Assembly (NCBI GenBank): GCA_965140705.1
Contig: OZ223300.1
Location: 1,920,001 to 1,984,000, forward strand
Reading direction: 5' to 3'
DNA from: an uncultured Arcobacter sp.
Lineage (GTDB): Bacteria > Campylobacterota > Campylobacteria > Campylobacterales > Arcobacteraceae
Length of the DNA stretch: 64,000 nt
Positions 1-10,350 of the stretch are shown piece by piece (position 1 is the stretch's first letter; each line of letters begins with the position of its first letter). The position numbers and the translations under genes are program-made. Below the pieces are notes generated by a model. The model saw nothing but the letters and a program-made list of their open reading frames with translations, was not told the DNA's origin and searched no databases.

Positions 1-282
1 TGAAGTATTGTTTATCTTAAAAATTTGATATGCTAAATACAACATATAAATAGCTCCAATTATTTGTAGGACAACTATAATATTTGGCAAATAATTCATC
101 AATAAAGAATTAAAAATAACAGATATACTTAATAATACAAAAAAAGCGAATAATGCACCAATAGAAAACTCAAAAGCTTTTTTTACTCCATAATTGTGCA
201 CTGTTGTAAGAATCATAATATTAGTGGGGCCTGGTGTTATTATCATCAAACTACAATATAGTAGAAAAAATACAAAATTCAT
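1..282 (-). CDS. LysE/RhtB family translocator (3' end beyond window edge)
   Basis: Hand translation from ATG at 282: MNFVFFLLYCSLMIITPGPTNIMILTTVHNYGVKKA...; the TPGP motif and hydrophobic helices are typical of LysE; absent from ORF track because truncated. Confidence 0.85.
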   Translation of the reverse strand, partial: MNFVFFLLYCSLMIITPGPTNIMILTTVHNYGVKKAFEFSIGALFAFFVLLSISVIFNSLLMNYLPNIIVVLQIIGAIYMLYLAYQIFKINNTS

Positions 283-389
283 AATTTACCCTTCTTTTTG
301 GTAAATTATACATTTTAAAAATTTTTAGACATAGTACATTATTGCAATACAAATAAGTTGATATTAAAAAGCTTTAAAGTTATTATATT

Positions 390-974
390 TTAAAGAACTT
401 CTTTAATTACTTCTAAATCTGGTAAGTTATTAGCTATATCTTGGTAATCTTTTCCATTCGTTAATGATTTTATTATTATTGGTAAAGGTTCTGAATATAT
501 TTCAGGAAAATCAACCTCACCCAAAGTAACTATTGGAAAAGCTAGTTTTTCCAAAGGTGGACAAAATTGTGCAGAAACACCTTCTTTATTACCTCTAGCA
601 TCAATCCGATACCAGCCATATTTTTTTAGATAAACTGCATTTAATCCATGAAGACAAAAAGGAGGAGTATCAGTAATAGTTAAACGTTGATAACATAAGC
701 CAGTAGGAATTTCATTTGCCCGTAGAAGTGCTGCCAATAAATGACTTTTTGCATAACAATATCCAGTAGCATATTTAAGTACATCTGAAGCTTTACATGT
801 CACTGGATTAAGTTTGAAATCTGAACTATGCTTTATCTCATCACGCACAAAAGTAAAACATTTATGGGCAATCTCTTCATCAGAAGATAAGCCTTCAGCC
901 AATTCTTTTGCTTTAGTTAATACATTTGGAGTTTTCCAATCTATAAATTCTGATGAGTCTAAATATCTTTTCAT
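390..974 (-). CDS. Transglutaminase-like domain protein
   Basis: GYCYAKSHLLAALLRA (catalytic Cys), HGLNAVY, WYRIDARG motifs. Confidence 0.85.
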   Translation of the reverse strand: MKRYLDSSEFIDWKTPNVLTKAKELAEGLSSDEEIAHKCFTFVRDEIKHSSDFKLNPVTCKASDVLKYATGYCYAKSHLLAALLRANEIPTGLCYQRLTITDTPPFCLHGLNAVYLKKYGWYRIDARGNKEGVSAQFCPPLEKLAFPIVTLGEVDFPEIYSEPLPIIIKSLTNGKDYQDIANNLPDLEVIKEVL

Positions 975-985
975 TTTTATAATAA

Positions 986-1228
986 TTAAACCTTTTTGAT
1001 TATTTTTACAATATATAGTAATACCACAGCACCTATTGTAGACATTATAATTGAGCCAATAAATCCACCTGCACTTAGTCCAACAAAGGCAAATACAAAA
1101 CCACCGACAACAGCACCAACAATACCAATAACAATATTACCGATAAGCCCAAAGCCACCACCATTCATTATTTTACCTGCTAACCAACCTGCAATTGCAC
1201 CTATTAATAAAAATACTATTATATTCAT
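986..1228 (-). CDS. GlsB/YeaQ/YmgE (transglycosylase-associated) membrane protein
   Basis: 80 aa, GAIAGWLAGKIM...GLIGNIVIGIVGAVVGG pattern. Confidence 0.9.
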   Translation of the reverse strand: MNIIVFLLIGAIAGWLAGKIMNGGGFGLIGNIVIGIVGAVVGGFVFAFVGLSAGGFIGSIIMSTIGAVVLLYIVKIIKKV

Positions 1229-1362
1229 CTATGATCCTTTTCTTTTATTACTTATTTAATATTAACTGAATTATCATTAAGTTTAGAAGATAAGAAGATA
1301 TTTATTTTAATTTGTGAAGGAATAAAGTTGAGGAATTATGCTTTTTATTTTGCACATAGCTT

Positions 1363-1650
1363 TTAACTATGTGCAATCTTTTTTTCTGTAAAAAGATAAT
1401 CTTTTAACTCTTTATCAAAAGTTGTATCTTTTCGACGAATCCATTCTAAAACCATAGCTGCATGCTCTTTTTCCTCATCTCTATTATGAGCTAAAATAGC
1501 TTTGAGTTCTTCATCTTTACACGCATCTACTCTTTGATTGTACCAATCAACAGCTTCTAACTCTTCCATCAAAGAAGTTATTGCTCTATGCATATCTCGT
1601 GTTTCATCACTCAGCTCTTCAATTGGTTCATGATAACCTTCATTTGCCAT
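1363..1650 (-). CDS. Ferritin-like protein of the encapsulated-ferritin (EncFtn/Flp) family
   Basis: EELEAVDWYNQR and HNRDEEKEH ferroxidase motifs; AGGAG RBS. Confidence 0.9.
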   Translation of the reverse strand: MANEGYHEPIEELSDETRDMHRAITSLMEELEAVDWYNQRVDACKDEELKAILAHNRDEEKEHAAMVLEWIRRKDTTFDKELKDYLFTEKKIAHS

Positions 1651-1778
1651 TTTTATCTCCTTTATTAAATATAGTATTGATTATATTTTTTTAAACTGTA
1701 AGAGAACTTATATTTTGAACTTATTAATTTATTATTTTATATATGAATAATATCTGTAGTAGTTGGGCTTAGTAGTAC

Positions 1779-1806
1779 AAAAGCAAGGTAAAACCTTGCT
1801 TTTTTA
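1779..1806 (-). terminator. Intrinsic terminator after trxA
   Basis: aaaagcaagg-taaaa-ccttgctttt hairpin flanked by A/T runs. Confidence 0.7.
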
Positions 1807-1810
1807 TATA

Positions 1811-2128
1811 TTATAAATATTTATTTATTTTTTCTTCAAGAGCACCTTTTGTAGTTGTTCCAATTATTTGGTCAACTATTTCACCATCTTTGAAGAAAAG
1901 AATAGTAGGTATTGATCTTATTTCATATTTTACAGTTAAGTCCTGTTCAACTTCTGTATTTACTTTACATATTTTAGCTTTTCCTTCAAACTCTTCAGCC
2001 AACTGTTCTATAACAGGAGCGATCATTCTACAAGGTCCGCACCATGGTGCCCAAAAGTCAACTAATGACACACCCTCTTTTACTGTATCTTCTATATTAC
2101 TTTGATCTAATTCTAAATATTTTGCCAT
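1811..2128 (-). CDS. trxA: Thioredoxin
   Basis: WCGPC active site, 105 aa. Confidence 0.95.
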   Translation of the reverse strand: MAKYLELDQSNIEDTVKEGVSLVDFWAPWCGPCRMIAPVIEQLAEEFEGKAKICKVNTEVEQDLTVKYEIRSIPTILFFKDGEIVDQIIGTTTKGALEEKINKYL

Positions 2129-2137
2129 TTTTATCTC

Positions 2138-2734
2138 CTATAATTTACTTTCATTTTTTCCTAAGTATTCAGCAACACCTTCTTTATTTGCTTTCATACC
2201 TTCATCACCTTTGTTCCATCCTGCTGGACAAACTTCACCATTTTCATTTGTAAATATCATTGTATCTACCATTCTAATCATTTCATCAATGTTTCTTCCT
2301 AGTGGTAAGTCATTAATTACTGCATGTCTTACTGTTCCATCTTTATCAATTAAGAATGATCCTCTAAGTGCTACAGATTCATTAAATAATACATCATAAT
2401 CTTTTGCAATTTGTTTTGTAATATCTGCAACCATTGGGAATTTAACTCTTCCAATTCCACCCTCTTCTACTTTTGTCTCTCTCCAAGCAAAGTGAGCAAA
2501 CTCTGAATCAATTGAACAACCAATAACTTGTATACCTCTCTCTTTAAAATCATCTACTCTTTTTGAAAAAGCAATAATCTCTGATGGACAAACAAATGTA
2601 AAATCTAAAGGCCAGAAAAATAATACTGCACCTTTTTCACCAATATTTTCATATAAATTAAAATCCTCTACGATTTGACCATCTGCTGTTACAGCTGTTG
2701 CTGTGAAGTCTGGAGCTTTTTTTGTTACTATCAT
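2138..2734 (-). CDS. ahpC: 2-Cys peroxiredoxin (AhpC/TsaA)
   Basis: DFTFVCPSE and GEVCPAGW motifs. Confidence 0.95.
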   Translation of the reverse strand: MIVTKKAPDFTATAVTADGQIVEDFNLYENIGEKGAVLFFWPLDFTFVCPSEIIAFSKRVDDFKERGIQVIGCSIDSEFAHFAWRETKVEEGGIGRVKFPMVADITKQIAKDYDVLFNESVALRGSFLIDKDGTVRHAVINDLPLGRNIDEMIRMVDTMIFTNENGEVCPAGWNKGDEGMKANKEGVAEYLGKNESKL

Positions 2735-2847
2735 TTTATTTCCTTTTTTTCTTTTTAATTTTTTGATAGTGAAAGTATATATAAAAAATTTTAAAATAAA
2801 ATTAATAAATTTTATTAAAGGAAAAAAATTATCCTTTAATAAAAAAG

Positions 2848-3414
2848 CTATTTTATTTTTATTGGAAGAAGAGTTAAAAAACTCAAAGCCTCAGGAAGAG
2901 AAAATGTAGCATTTTTTAAATCATTTTGTTTTGGGTCAATTAAATAGTTTTTTGAAGTTTCAAAATTGGCTTTTTGTAGGTTGTTTTTTACAAATACAGA
3001 TTGTTCTAAATCACAAGTTTTGAAAAGTGCCTTTTCAAGGTTACACTCTTCAAAACCACTATCTATAATAAGTGAATTAACAAATTTAATTTGTCTCAAA
3101 TCCAAAAGATGAAAAGAGTTTTGTGAAATATTGCAAGAATCAAATTCTACATTAAAAGGTTTTTCACAAGAGCTCCAAGATATTCCAAGAAGTTTTGAGT
3201 TCTCAAAAGTCACATAATTAAATACACAATTTTTCAAAACACTCAAAGATAAATCACAAGATATAAAAGTGCACTCAGTAAACTTACAGCCTTGCATAAG
3301 ACTTTTAGAAAAATCACATTTTATAAAGGTGCAGTTATCAAAATAAATAGAATCAAAGTTTTTATCATCATACTCAATAAACTCTTCTTCCCAATAATCA
3401 TTTGTTTTAAACAT
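2848..3414 (-). CDS. Pentapeptide repeat protein
   Basis: Repeating F-x-x-C-x / C-D-[FL]-S units; start could also be the ATG at 3444. Confidence 0.85.
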   Translation of the reverse strand: MFKTNDYWEEEFIEYDDKNFDSIYFDNCTFIKCDFSKSLMQGCKFTECTFISCDLSLSVLKNCVFNYVTFENSKLLGISWSSCEKPFNVEFDSCNISQNSFHLLDLRQIKFVNSLIIDSGFEECNLEKALFKTCDLEQSVFVKNNLQKANFETSKNYLIDPKQNDLKNATFSLPEALSFLTLLPIKIK

Positions 3415-3540
3415 AGTTATATTCTTTTTACTTGTATTTGTCATAAGGTATAAATTTGCTAAGAATTTTATCTTAAATTTCTATTTCATTCAAGAAGAGA
3501 TTTAGCCAAAGAAGAATGGCTAAACCTCAGCAAAGAGAAT

Positions 3541-6500
3541 CTAACTTATTTTTGTTATATTTACAGGTATAGCTTGTCTTGCAGTTGAACCACAAGCAAA
3601 ATCAGTAGCTACAGCAGATTTTCTAGTAAAATCTTTTAACCCAAGTTTATTATAATAAACTCCAGTTTTTTTAGAGACTAATCCTTTTGTAACTTTACCA
3701 TTAATTTCAATATCAATAGCTCCTTCGGCTCTTCTTCCATCACCTTGTTCAACTCCAAGGGTATCAGGGTGAACTCCATGTCTATATCTAAGATAACCTG
3801 TTGTCTCTCCATCACCTGAATTTACTTTAACATAATCACCATGTTTTAATCCAAGAGTATGAGCAGTTTTTGGATTTATATCCACATATGTTGTATATCT
3901 TATCTCTTTTAGATTTGCACTTGATGTATTTGGTGAAGAAAGTACATTTGATTTATATGAAAATGCGATAAGAGGAAACTTCTCTTTTGGAAAATGTTTT
4001 TCATATGTTTCTCCTGTAGCAAATCTTTGTTTGAAAAATTTTGGTGTACCACTATAAGCTTCCCCAGAAAGAGAATTTTTTGAAGTTCCTAGTTTTTCAT
4101 TATATATTTGTATAGGTTTATTATATTTATGAGATATAAGCTCTCCCTCATAACTATCTTCATAATCTTCATATCTACCACCTCTTGCCATTACATAAGC
4201 AGTTTTTCTCCAATTATCACCACAAATTCTTTTTAATGAAGGAACAAAAGAGTCTAAGCTAGCTAACTTTATCTCTTCATCACTTGCATCTGGTACAGGT
4301 TTTCCATCCATAGCAATATTTTCAAAGGCTCTTAAATAAAAATCCTCAGCCTTATCAAAATCATGCATTTTGCCATCATTCCCTTTGATAGCATTTTTAC
4401 CAAATCCTGGAAGATTTAACTTTTTACCAAGGGCTATGATAAAACTAGTCATTTCAATAGGGTCTCCATTTTTAAAACTATCTTGTCTTGGTTTAACTAC
4501 TGGAAATCTTAGTGTATTTATTTTTGTTTGAAAAGCAGCCCAAGCATGAACTACACCCCAAGTTTCATATAAAACAGAATCAGGAATAATATAATCTGCA
4601 TATACAGATGATTCATTAATAAATGGATCAATTGCTATAAAAAGAGGCACTGCTAATTTTGGATCTTTTATTAACTCTTTTATCTCACCTTCACCACCTG
4701 CTGTACCATATATGAAGTTTGAATTAAAAGAGATCAAAGCATCCATTTTATAAGGATATTTTTTATAACTATTAGTGATAAATTCACTCTCTAAGGCATT
4801 TGTAAAAGGATACCAAGTGTCTTTTGCTGGATATGGATTTTCACCTTTTTCTACTTTGTTTTTATACTCATTTGTACTTTCGTAGGCTCTTCTTGTTCTA
4901 TCCATTCTAGCACCATGTACTTTTACTTTTCCTTTGTATGCAAGTAGATTATATTGAGAACCATTAACATCCTTATATGCTCCTCCTCCACTACTCATAC
5001 CACCTTTATAGTTTAGATTTCCTATCATAGCTCCAAGCATCATTACTGCATATGTTGTATAAAATCCTGTTGTATGCATAGTACCACCATGACAATCTAC
5101 ACTAGCACATCTCCCAAAAGAAGTAAACTTTTTAGCAACTTCTTGCATTTTTTCGACACTTACTCCACACTCTTTTGAATAAGCAACTAAACCTAACTCA
5201 TTTGTTCGCTCTTTAAGTTCATTAAATGCTGTTCTTACTTTATAACTTTTACCAGCAAATTCTACATTTCCATTAAAATCAAGTACTGCTTGTAAAACTT
5301 CTTCTGAAGATTTTAGTTTATTATCTCTTGAATCAAGAACTAAAGGAATATTACCATCTTTAAGTATAGTTCCATTGTCCTCTTTATCTTGAATGATAAG
5401 ATGGCTTGCATTTGTCCATGAAGCATCATTTTGAGCTTTCATAGCTTTTGAAGAAGGAATACAAAGATACTTTTCATTATACATTTTATTATTGATAATT
5501 ATTTGTAAAAGTCCCATTACAAAGGCAAGATCAGTTCCTGGAATAATAGGAATCCAACTACTTTTTCCACCAACTGCAATAGTATCACTATTACCTTGCA
5601 TTGGAGAAACAATTGTATACTCTATATTACCCTCACTTCTAGCATTTGCTAAAAGTTTACCTTGTCTTTTAAAAGGATTCCCAGCTTGTCCTGGAGGTGT
5701 ACCAATACTTAGAAGATATTTTGTATGTTCAAAGTCTGGTTTTAAATGTGGATACTTTTTAAAATCACCTAAATATGCAGCTTCACCTGCTCTCATAGAT
5801 AAACCACAAATAGAAGTATGTCCTGTAAAATTTACAGTACCAAATGACATTAAAAATCTATGGATAAGAGCAGCAGTTCTTCCCTCATGAGTTGTTCCAA
5901 TTACACAAAGACCATTTGATTTTGGTCCAAATGATGGTTCATCAGGATTAATAGGAGTTTTTATGTCTCTTGTGTCTTTTAGTCCTTTTACAACACCTTC
6001 TCCAAATAAGTCTCCACCATTTACAATTTCACTAATAAGCTCATCAATATCTATCTCTTTCCACTTATTCTCTCCACGTTTACCAACTCTTTTAAGAGGT
6101 TTCAATACTCTATTAGGGGCATCGATTTTATCGAAAATAGCATTTCCTCTAGCACAAACATTAGATCTATATGTTTCAAAATCACCATTTTGTGAGAGTG
6201 TTTTATAACTATCTTCTATACTTGTATTATATGGAAGCCATGGATTTGTAGAAAGTAAATTGTATGGATTTCCAAGAACTCTAACTACTTTATCTGTTTT
6301 TTTATCTATTTTTACTCTTACACCACATTGAGTTGTACAACCTATACAAGTAGTAGGAAGAATTTTATAATCTTCATTTTTAACAAATTTATTATTTAAA
6401 AAACTATGCTCTGCTACACTTGAATTAAAATATATACTATCTTTTGCTTTTTCACCTTTATCCGATAGTGTTGTCACAGCTCCAAGTGTTTCTTTATATC

Positions 6501-6567
6501 CTGATATAGAAGCGGCAGCTACAACAGCACCTGAACCCAATAAAAATTTTCTTCTACTATTTTGCAT
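3541..6567 (-). CDS. ttrA: Molybdopterin oxidoreductase catalytic subunit, tetrathionate reductase A family
   Basis: Tat signal SRRKFL; CIGCTTQC...CARG Fe-S motif; ~1010 aa; gene order B-C-A; ATG at 6567 overlaps the end of ttrC. Confidence 0.8.
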   Translation of the reverse strand: MQNSRRKFLLGSGAVVAAASISGYKETLGAVTTLSDKGEKAKDSIYFNSSVAEHSFLNNKFVKNEDYKILPTTCIGCTTQCGVRVKIDKKTDKVVRVLGNPYNLLSTNPWLPYNTSIEDSYKTLSQNGDFETYRSNVCARGNAIFDKIDAPNRVLKPLKRVGKRGENKWKEIDIDELISEIVNGGDLFGEGVVKGLKDTRDIKTPINPDEPSFGPKSNGLCVIGTTHEGRTAALIHRFLMSFGTVNFTGHTSICGLSMRAGEAAYLGDFKKYPHLKPDFEHTKYLLSIGTPPGQAGNPFKRQGKLLANARSEGNIEYTIVSPMQGNSDTIAVGGKSSWIPIIPGTDLAFVMGLLQIIINNKMYNEKYLCIPSSKAMKAQNDASWTNASHLIIQDKEDNGTILKDGNIPLVLDSRDNKLKSSEEVLQAVLDFNGNVEFAGKSYKVRTAFNELKERTNELGLVAYSKECGVSVEKMQEVAKKFTSFGRCASVDCHGGTMHTTGFYTTYAVMMLGAMIGNLNYKGGMSSGGGAYKDVNGSQYNLLAYKGKVKVHGARMDRTRRAYESTNEYKNKVEKGENPYPAKDTWYPFTNALESEFITNSYKKYPYKMDALISFNSNFIYGTAGGEGEIKELIKDPKLAVPLFIAIDPFINESSVYADYIIPDSVLYETWGVVHAWAAFQTKINTLRFPVVKPRQDSFKNGDPIEMTSFIIALGKKLNLPGFGKNAIKGNDGKMHDFDKAEDFYLRAFENIAMDGKPVPDASDEEIKLASLDSFVPSLKRICGDNWRKTAYVMARGGRYEDYEDSYEGELISHKYNKPIQIYNEKLGTSKNSLSGEAYSGTPKFFKQRFATGETYEKHFPKEKFPLIAFSYKSNVLSSPNTSSANLKEIRYTTYVDINPKTAHTLGLKHGDYVKVNSGDGETTGYLRYRHGVHPDTLGVEQGDGRRAEGAIDIEINGKVTKGLVSKKTGVYYNKLGLKDFTRKSAVATDFACGSTARQAIPVNITKIS

Positions 6568-7741
6568 CTTCTGCTCCTTCATAACAATCTTTCATCTCTT
6601 CATCCCAAGGGAATATTAATAATACTGCACAAATAAGCGCAAATAAAATACCCCAGTTTGAAAGTACAGTAATTACACTATCTTGTCCAAACATTGGTGG
6701 AGTATAATGTAAAAATCCAGGAGTAGTTCGAGGTATTTCTTGCCCTCCAATAACTGTATTCCATCTAAATATCCAAACACCAATAGCAGTAACTATACCA
6801 CCGAAATAAACAACTACTGGAATATATCTTAATCTTGTAAATCCAATAATTAATGGTACAAATAAGCATAAAACATAATCAATCCAAAGTGTATCTTCAA
6901 AGTGAATACTAAAATAACTATAAAGTGCATATTTTTCACCATTTGCAAAAGTCAAAGAGAAAGTAAGCCATAAAAATCTCATAACAAGATCAGAAATAAT
7001 AAACCAAGAGAGTAATCTTGCTAAAGTTGCTACCATATCAGTATCTACTTTTTTACGTTCTGATAAAAATCTTTGAAAAAGTGGAATTAAAATAACAAGT
7101 AACCCCGTACCAGAAACCATAGCTGAAGCCAAGAATATGATAGGCATCAAAGGAGTATGCCACATAACATTTGCATGAACAGCTCCTAAAATATATCCTG
7201 TATATCCATGAACACAAAGAGCCAATGGTATCCCTATAGCTCCTAAAATAAAACCTTTTTTGTGATCTTTTTCCAAAGATTCTTCACTTAAACTCATATT
7301 CCCAAAAGTGAATAATTTATTAAAAAATCTACTTAAACCTTTTGACTCATTTGCTTTTTTTACAAAATAGGCTCTATACATCGCCTGTGCTTCAAAAAAG
7401 ATAAGTATAGGATATGCCATAAGAAGCAATACACCCCATTTCATTGGTGAAGTTGGAAAATCTTCCCAACCATATAAAAAGAAGTTTAAAACTCTTCCTG
7501 GTTGTCTTAAGTCATCTAACAAATTAAGTGGAGCAGCTACAAGTAAAACAAAAGCCATAAGTAGAGATATTCCAGCGATTGGTTTATATTTTTTCCAACC
7601 AAAAACATGTGCAAAACTTGAGATAATAAATGCCGCAGCTGAACTTCCTGTAAACCAAAAATAATTTGGAATATCAATTCCCCAAGGTTTTTCTATAGTA
7701 ATAGAAGAAATTAGAGTTAAAAAATGTTGTGCATTATCCAT
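6557..7741 (-). CDS. ttrC: NrfD/PsrC-family membrane anchor (TtrC-like)
   Basis: PWGIDIPNYFWFTG, DLRQPGR, SPMKWG NrfD motifs; lies between the Fe-S subunit and the Mo subunit. Confidence 0.75.
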   Translation of the reverse strand: MDNAQHFLTLISSITIEKPWGIDIPNYFWFTGSSAAAFIISSFAHVFGWKKYKPIAGISLLMAFVLLVAAPLNLLDDLRQPGRVLNFFLYGWEDFPTSPMKWGVLLLMAYPILIFFEAQAMYRAYFVKKANESKGLSRFFNKLFTFGNMSLSEESLEKDHKKGFILGAIGIPLALCVHGYTGYILGAVHANVMWHTPLMPIIFLASAMVSGTGLLVILIPLFQRFLSERKKVDTDMVATLARLLSWFIISDLVMRFLWLTFSLTFANGEKYALYSYFSIHFEDTLWIDYVLCLFVPLIIGFTRLRYIPVVVYFGGIVTAIGVWIFRWNTVIGGQEIPRTTPGFLHYTPPMFGQDSVITVLSNWGILFALICAVLLIFPWDEEMKDCYEGAEDAK

Positions 7742-8540
7742 GATTGTGTGCCTCCATTCTAGCTTTTTGCCATTCTTTTTCAAAGCCCTCTTCTGTTTTT
7801 ACCATATCATCTAGACTTTGAGTTGTAGAAAATAATTCTTCTAATTTTGAATCAAGATTGATATAAAAAGTTTGGGGTTTTGTTCCTTCTGACTCTTTTA
7901 ATACTGTCGTTGAAAAATTACTCATAAGTTTATACACATCTGAGTTTTTATCATTGATATCACCAAAAACTCTGGCTCCACCCACACAGGTCTCTACACA
8001 AGCAGGGAGTAAACCTTTATCTACTCTTTGTGCACAGAAATTACATTTATCAGCCGTTCTTGTTTTTTTATTGAAGTATCTTTTATCGTAAGGACAGGCA
8101 CTAATACAGTAACCACAACCCCAACAAATTTCATTATCTACAACTACAATTCCATCTTCTCTTTTAAAAGTGGCACCAGTTGGACAAACAGGAACACAAG
8201 CTGGATTTTCACAGTGATTACAAAGTTGTGGTAAAAATCCCTTTCTTACATCTGGGAATTCACCCATTTCTGTTTCTGTTACAAATGTTCTAAACTGTCC
8301 ACTTGGTACTTCATTTTCTATTCTACAAACAGATGTACAGGCTTGACATCCTATACATTTTCTCAAATCTAATACCATAACAAAATGTTTACCTTTTTGA
8401 CCAATATGTCTAGTATCATTATTATCACGACCGGGAATTTTCATTGAAAAAGCGTTTGCACTAGTACTAGCAATCATCGTAAATGCTGTAGTTGTAAGCC
8501 CTTTTTGCAAGAAATCCCTTCTTGAATTTTTTGAAGACAT
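7734..8540 (-). CDS. ttrB: 4Fe-4S ferredoxin subunit (TtrB-like)
   Basis: Tat signal SRRDFL; four CxxCxxC..C clusters; AAGGAG RBS before ATG 8540. Confidence 0.8.
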   Translation of the reverse strand: MSSKNSRRDFLQKGLTTTAFTMIASTSANAFSMKIPGRDNNDTRHIGQKGKHFVMVLDLRKCIGCQACTSVCRIENEVPSGQFRTFVTETEMGEFPDVRKGFLPQLCNHCENPACVPVCPTGATFKREDGIVVVDNEICWGCGYCISACPYDKRYFNKKTRTADKCNFCAQRVDKGLLPACVETCVGGARVFGDINDKNSDVYKLMSNFSTTVLKESEGTKPQTFYINLDSKLEELFSTTQSLDDMVKTEEGFEKEWQKARMEAHNHG

Positions 8541-8567
8541 TCTAACTCCTTTAAAATATTTAAAAGA

Positions 8568-8606
8568 ATTGTAACAATACAAAAGGAGGAAATAGGGAGG
8601 GAAATT
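8568..8606 (-). promoter_or_regulatory. Putative ttr promoter: tandem response-regulator box plus extended -10
   Basis: Minus strand reads TTTCCCTCCCT-ATTTCCTCCTT direct repeat, then TGTTACAAT, upstream of ttrB. Confidence 0.5.
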
Positions 8607-8619
8607 AAAAAAGAAGTTT

Positions 8620-10350
8620 TTAGAAAGTTATGGTAAAAATAGCCCCTTTTTGTGAGTTTTTTATCTCAATTTTACCACTATTATTTTTTTCTATAATAGT
8701 TTTTGTCATATACAAACCTATACCTGTTCCACTTTTGGCTTGTTTTGTACTAAAATATGGTTCAAAAATTTTATCCAGAGGAAATACCTTTATACCGCCA
8801 GCATTATCTTCTATGCTTAAGATACTTTTTGTATCTTTTTTATATGCTAAAATCTCAATTTTAGCGTCAATTATGCCTCTTTCTATAACAATATCCTTAG
8901 CATTACTTATGATATTTAAAAGTGCTTGAGATATTTCATTGGGATAACAATAGACTTCAAAATCATCTTTTATATTAAGAATGCACTCTATTGCATTGTT
9001 TTCCAAAGAAGCACTCATAAGTTTACTAGCGCTACTTATAATCGATGAAATATTAACTGACTCTTTTTGTTTTCCTGAAGAAAAAAAGTTTCTAAAATCA
9101 TCAATAGTTTTTGACATAAATATGACTTGTTCATTTATCTCATTAACTTTATCATGAAACTTCTCTTTTGTAAGTTTATTTCGTTCGTAATGTAGTTCCA
9201 TATTTATAAGAATAGATGAGACTTCAGTCAATGGTTGTCGCCATTGATGGGCAATATTACCAATCATTTCACCCATACTAGCTAACTTACTTTGGTGGGC
9301 TATGATTCTCTCTTTTTCGTTTGCTTCTCTTTGTTTAATAAGTTTGAGTTTTATCTCTTTTTCTATTTTTATTTGAAGATTTTTATTTAGCTCTTCTAGC
9401 TTATTTTGACTTATTTTTAACTTCTCATTTGATTCATCTAACTCTTTTAAAATCTTATCAAAACCATAATTTATAACCATGATAGTTATAAGCACTAAAA
9501 TAACCATAATTATTAAACTTTGCAAAATGGCCTTTTGCAATATCTTTTTCCAATGAAGTACATCTTGCAAAAAGATTATTTTAAAATCATTTGCACTATT
9601 TATTCCTTTTCCCTTAATAGCATAGGGTAAAAATAAACCTTCACTTGTTCTAATTTCAGAATCTATTTTAATTTTATTGTTTTTAATAATCTCTGAGGTT
9701 TCAGTATCCTTATCTAACATAAAACGCATCTCTTTTTCATTAGCTTTTTGATAACTAATAAAAGCATAAATATTAATAAGTTTTCTTATCTCAGATAAAA
9801 AGTACTTTGGGTCTATCACAAAAACAACATAACCAATGATATTTGAGTTTTTATCTCTAGCTTCTGATACAGTATGATAATCAAAACTTTTATTATTAAA
9901 CCAAAAGCCATCATATGGCTTTTTTAAACTATTGGCAAAGGATAGTTTACTCTCAGGAGAAGCTCCAAAATAAGTTAATAAATTACCCTCTTTATCATAA
10001 AAACAAAAAGACTTAAGATAAGAGTTTTCTTTTTTAATAATATTCCATCTAGGTTGGCTGAGTTTATCTAAGGCTACTTTATTAGAGTTTTTAAATGCCT
10101 CTTTTATACCATAAGAATTGATATTTGCATATCCCCTATTTATATAAAATTTTTTCGTTCGATTAAGTGTTTCAGTATAGACTTGTTGTACTCTTTTGAG
10201 TTCTGCATTTTGATTAAGAAGAGCAAAATCCTTTATATCTAAGTATCGAATAAAGAAAAATATTGCTGAAAGTAATATATAAATAGCCAAAACAAGGATG
10301 ATAGTTTTTGTTTTGACAGGTAAAAACTTTAATTTACTATCATATTTCAA
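8620..10350 (-). CDS. Sensor histidine kinase
   Basis: Two TM segments, IAHQWRQPL H-box, DNAGG / FEPYFSTK / GTGIGLY. Confidence 0.92.
   Translation of the reverse strand: MKYDSKLKFLPVKTKTIILVLAIYILLSAIFFFIRYLDIKDFALLNQNAELKRVQQVYTETLNRTKKFYINRGYANINSYGIKEAFKNSNKVALDKLSQPRWNIIKKENSYLKSFCFYDKEGNLLTYFGASPESKLSFANSLKKPYDGFWFNNKSFDYHTVSEARDKNSNIIGYVVFVIDPKYFLSEIRKLINIYAFISYQKANEKEMRFMLDKDTETSEIIKNNKIKIDSEIRTSEGLFLPYAIKGKGINSANDFKIIFLQDVLHWKKILQKAILQSLIIMVILVLITIMVINYGFDKILKELDESNEKLKISQNKLEELNKNLQIKIEKEIKLKLIKQREANEKERIIAHQSKLASMGEMIGNIAHQWRQPLTEVSSILINMELHYERNKLTKEKFHDKVNEINEQVIFMSKTIDDFRNFFSSGKQKESVNISSIISSASKLMSASLENNAIECILNIKDDFEVYCYPNEISQALLNIISNAKDIVIERGIIDAKIEILAYKKDTKSILSIEDNAGGIKVFPLDKIFEPYFSTKQAKSGTGIGLYMTKTIIEKNNSGKIEIKNSQKGAIFTITF

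Noticed and set aside
2848..3444. Qnr quinolone-resistance gene
   Set aside because: Generic pentapeptide repeats only; Qnr-specific features cannot be confirmed without alignment
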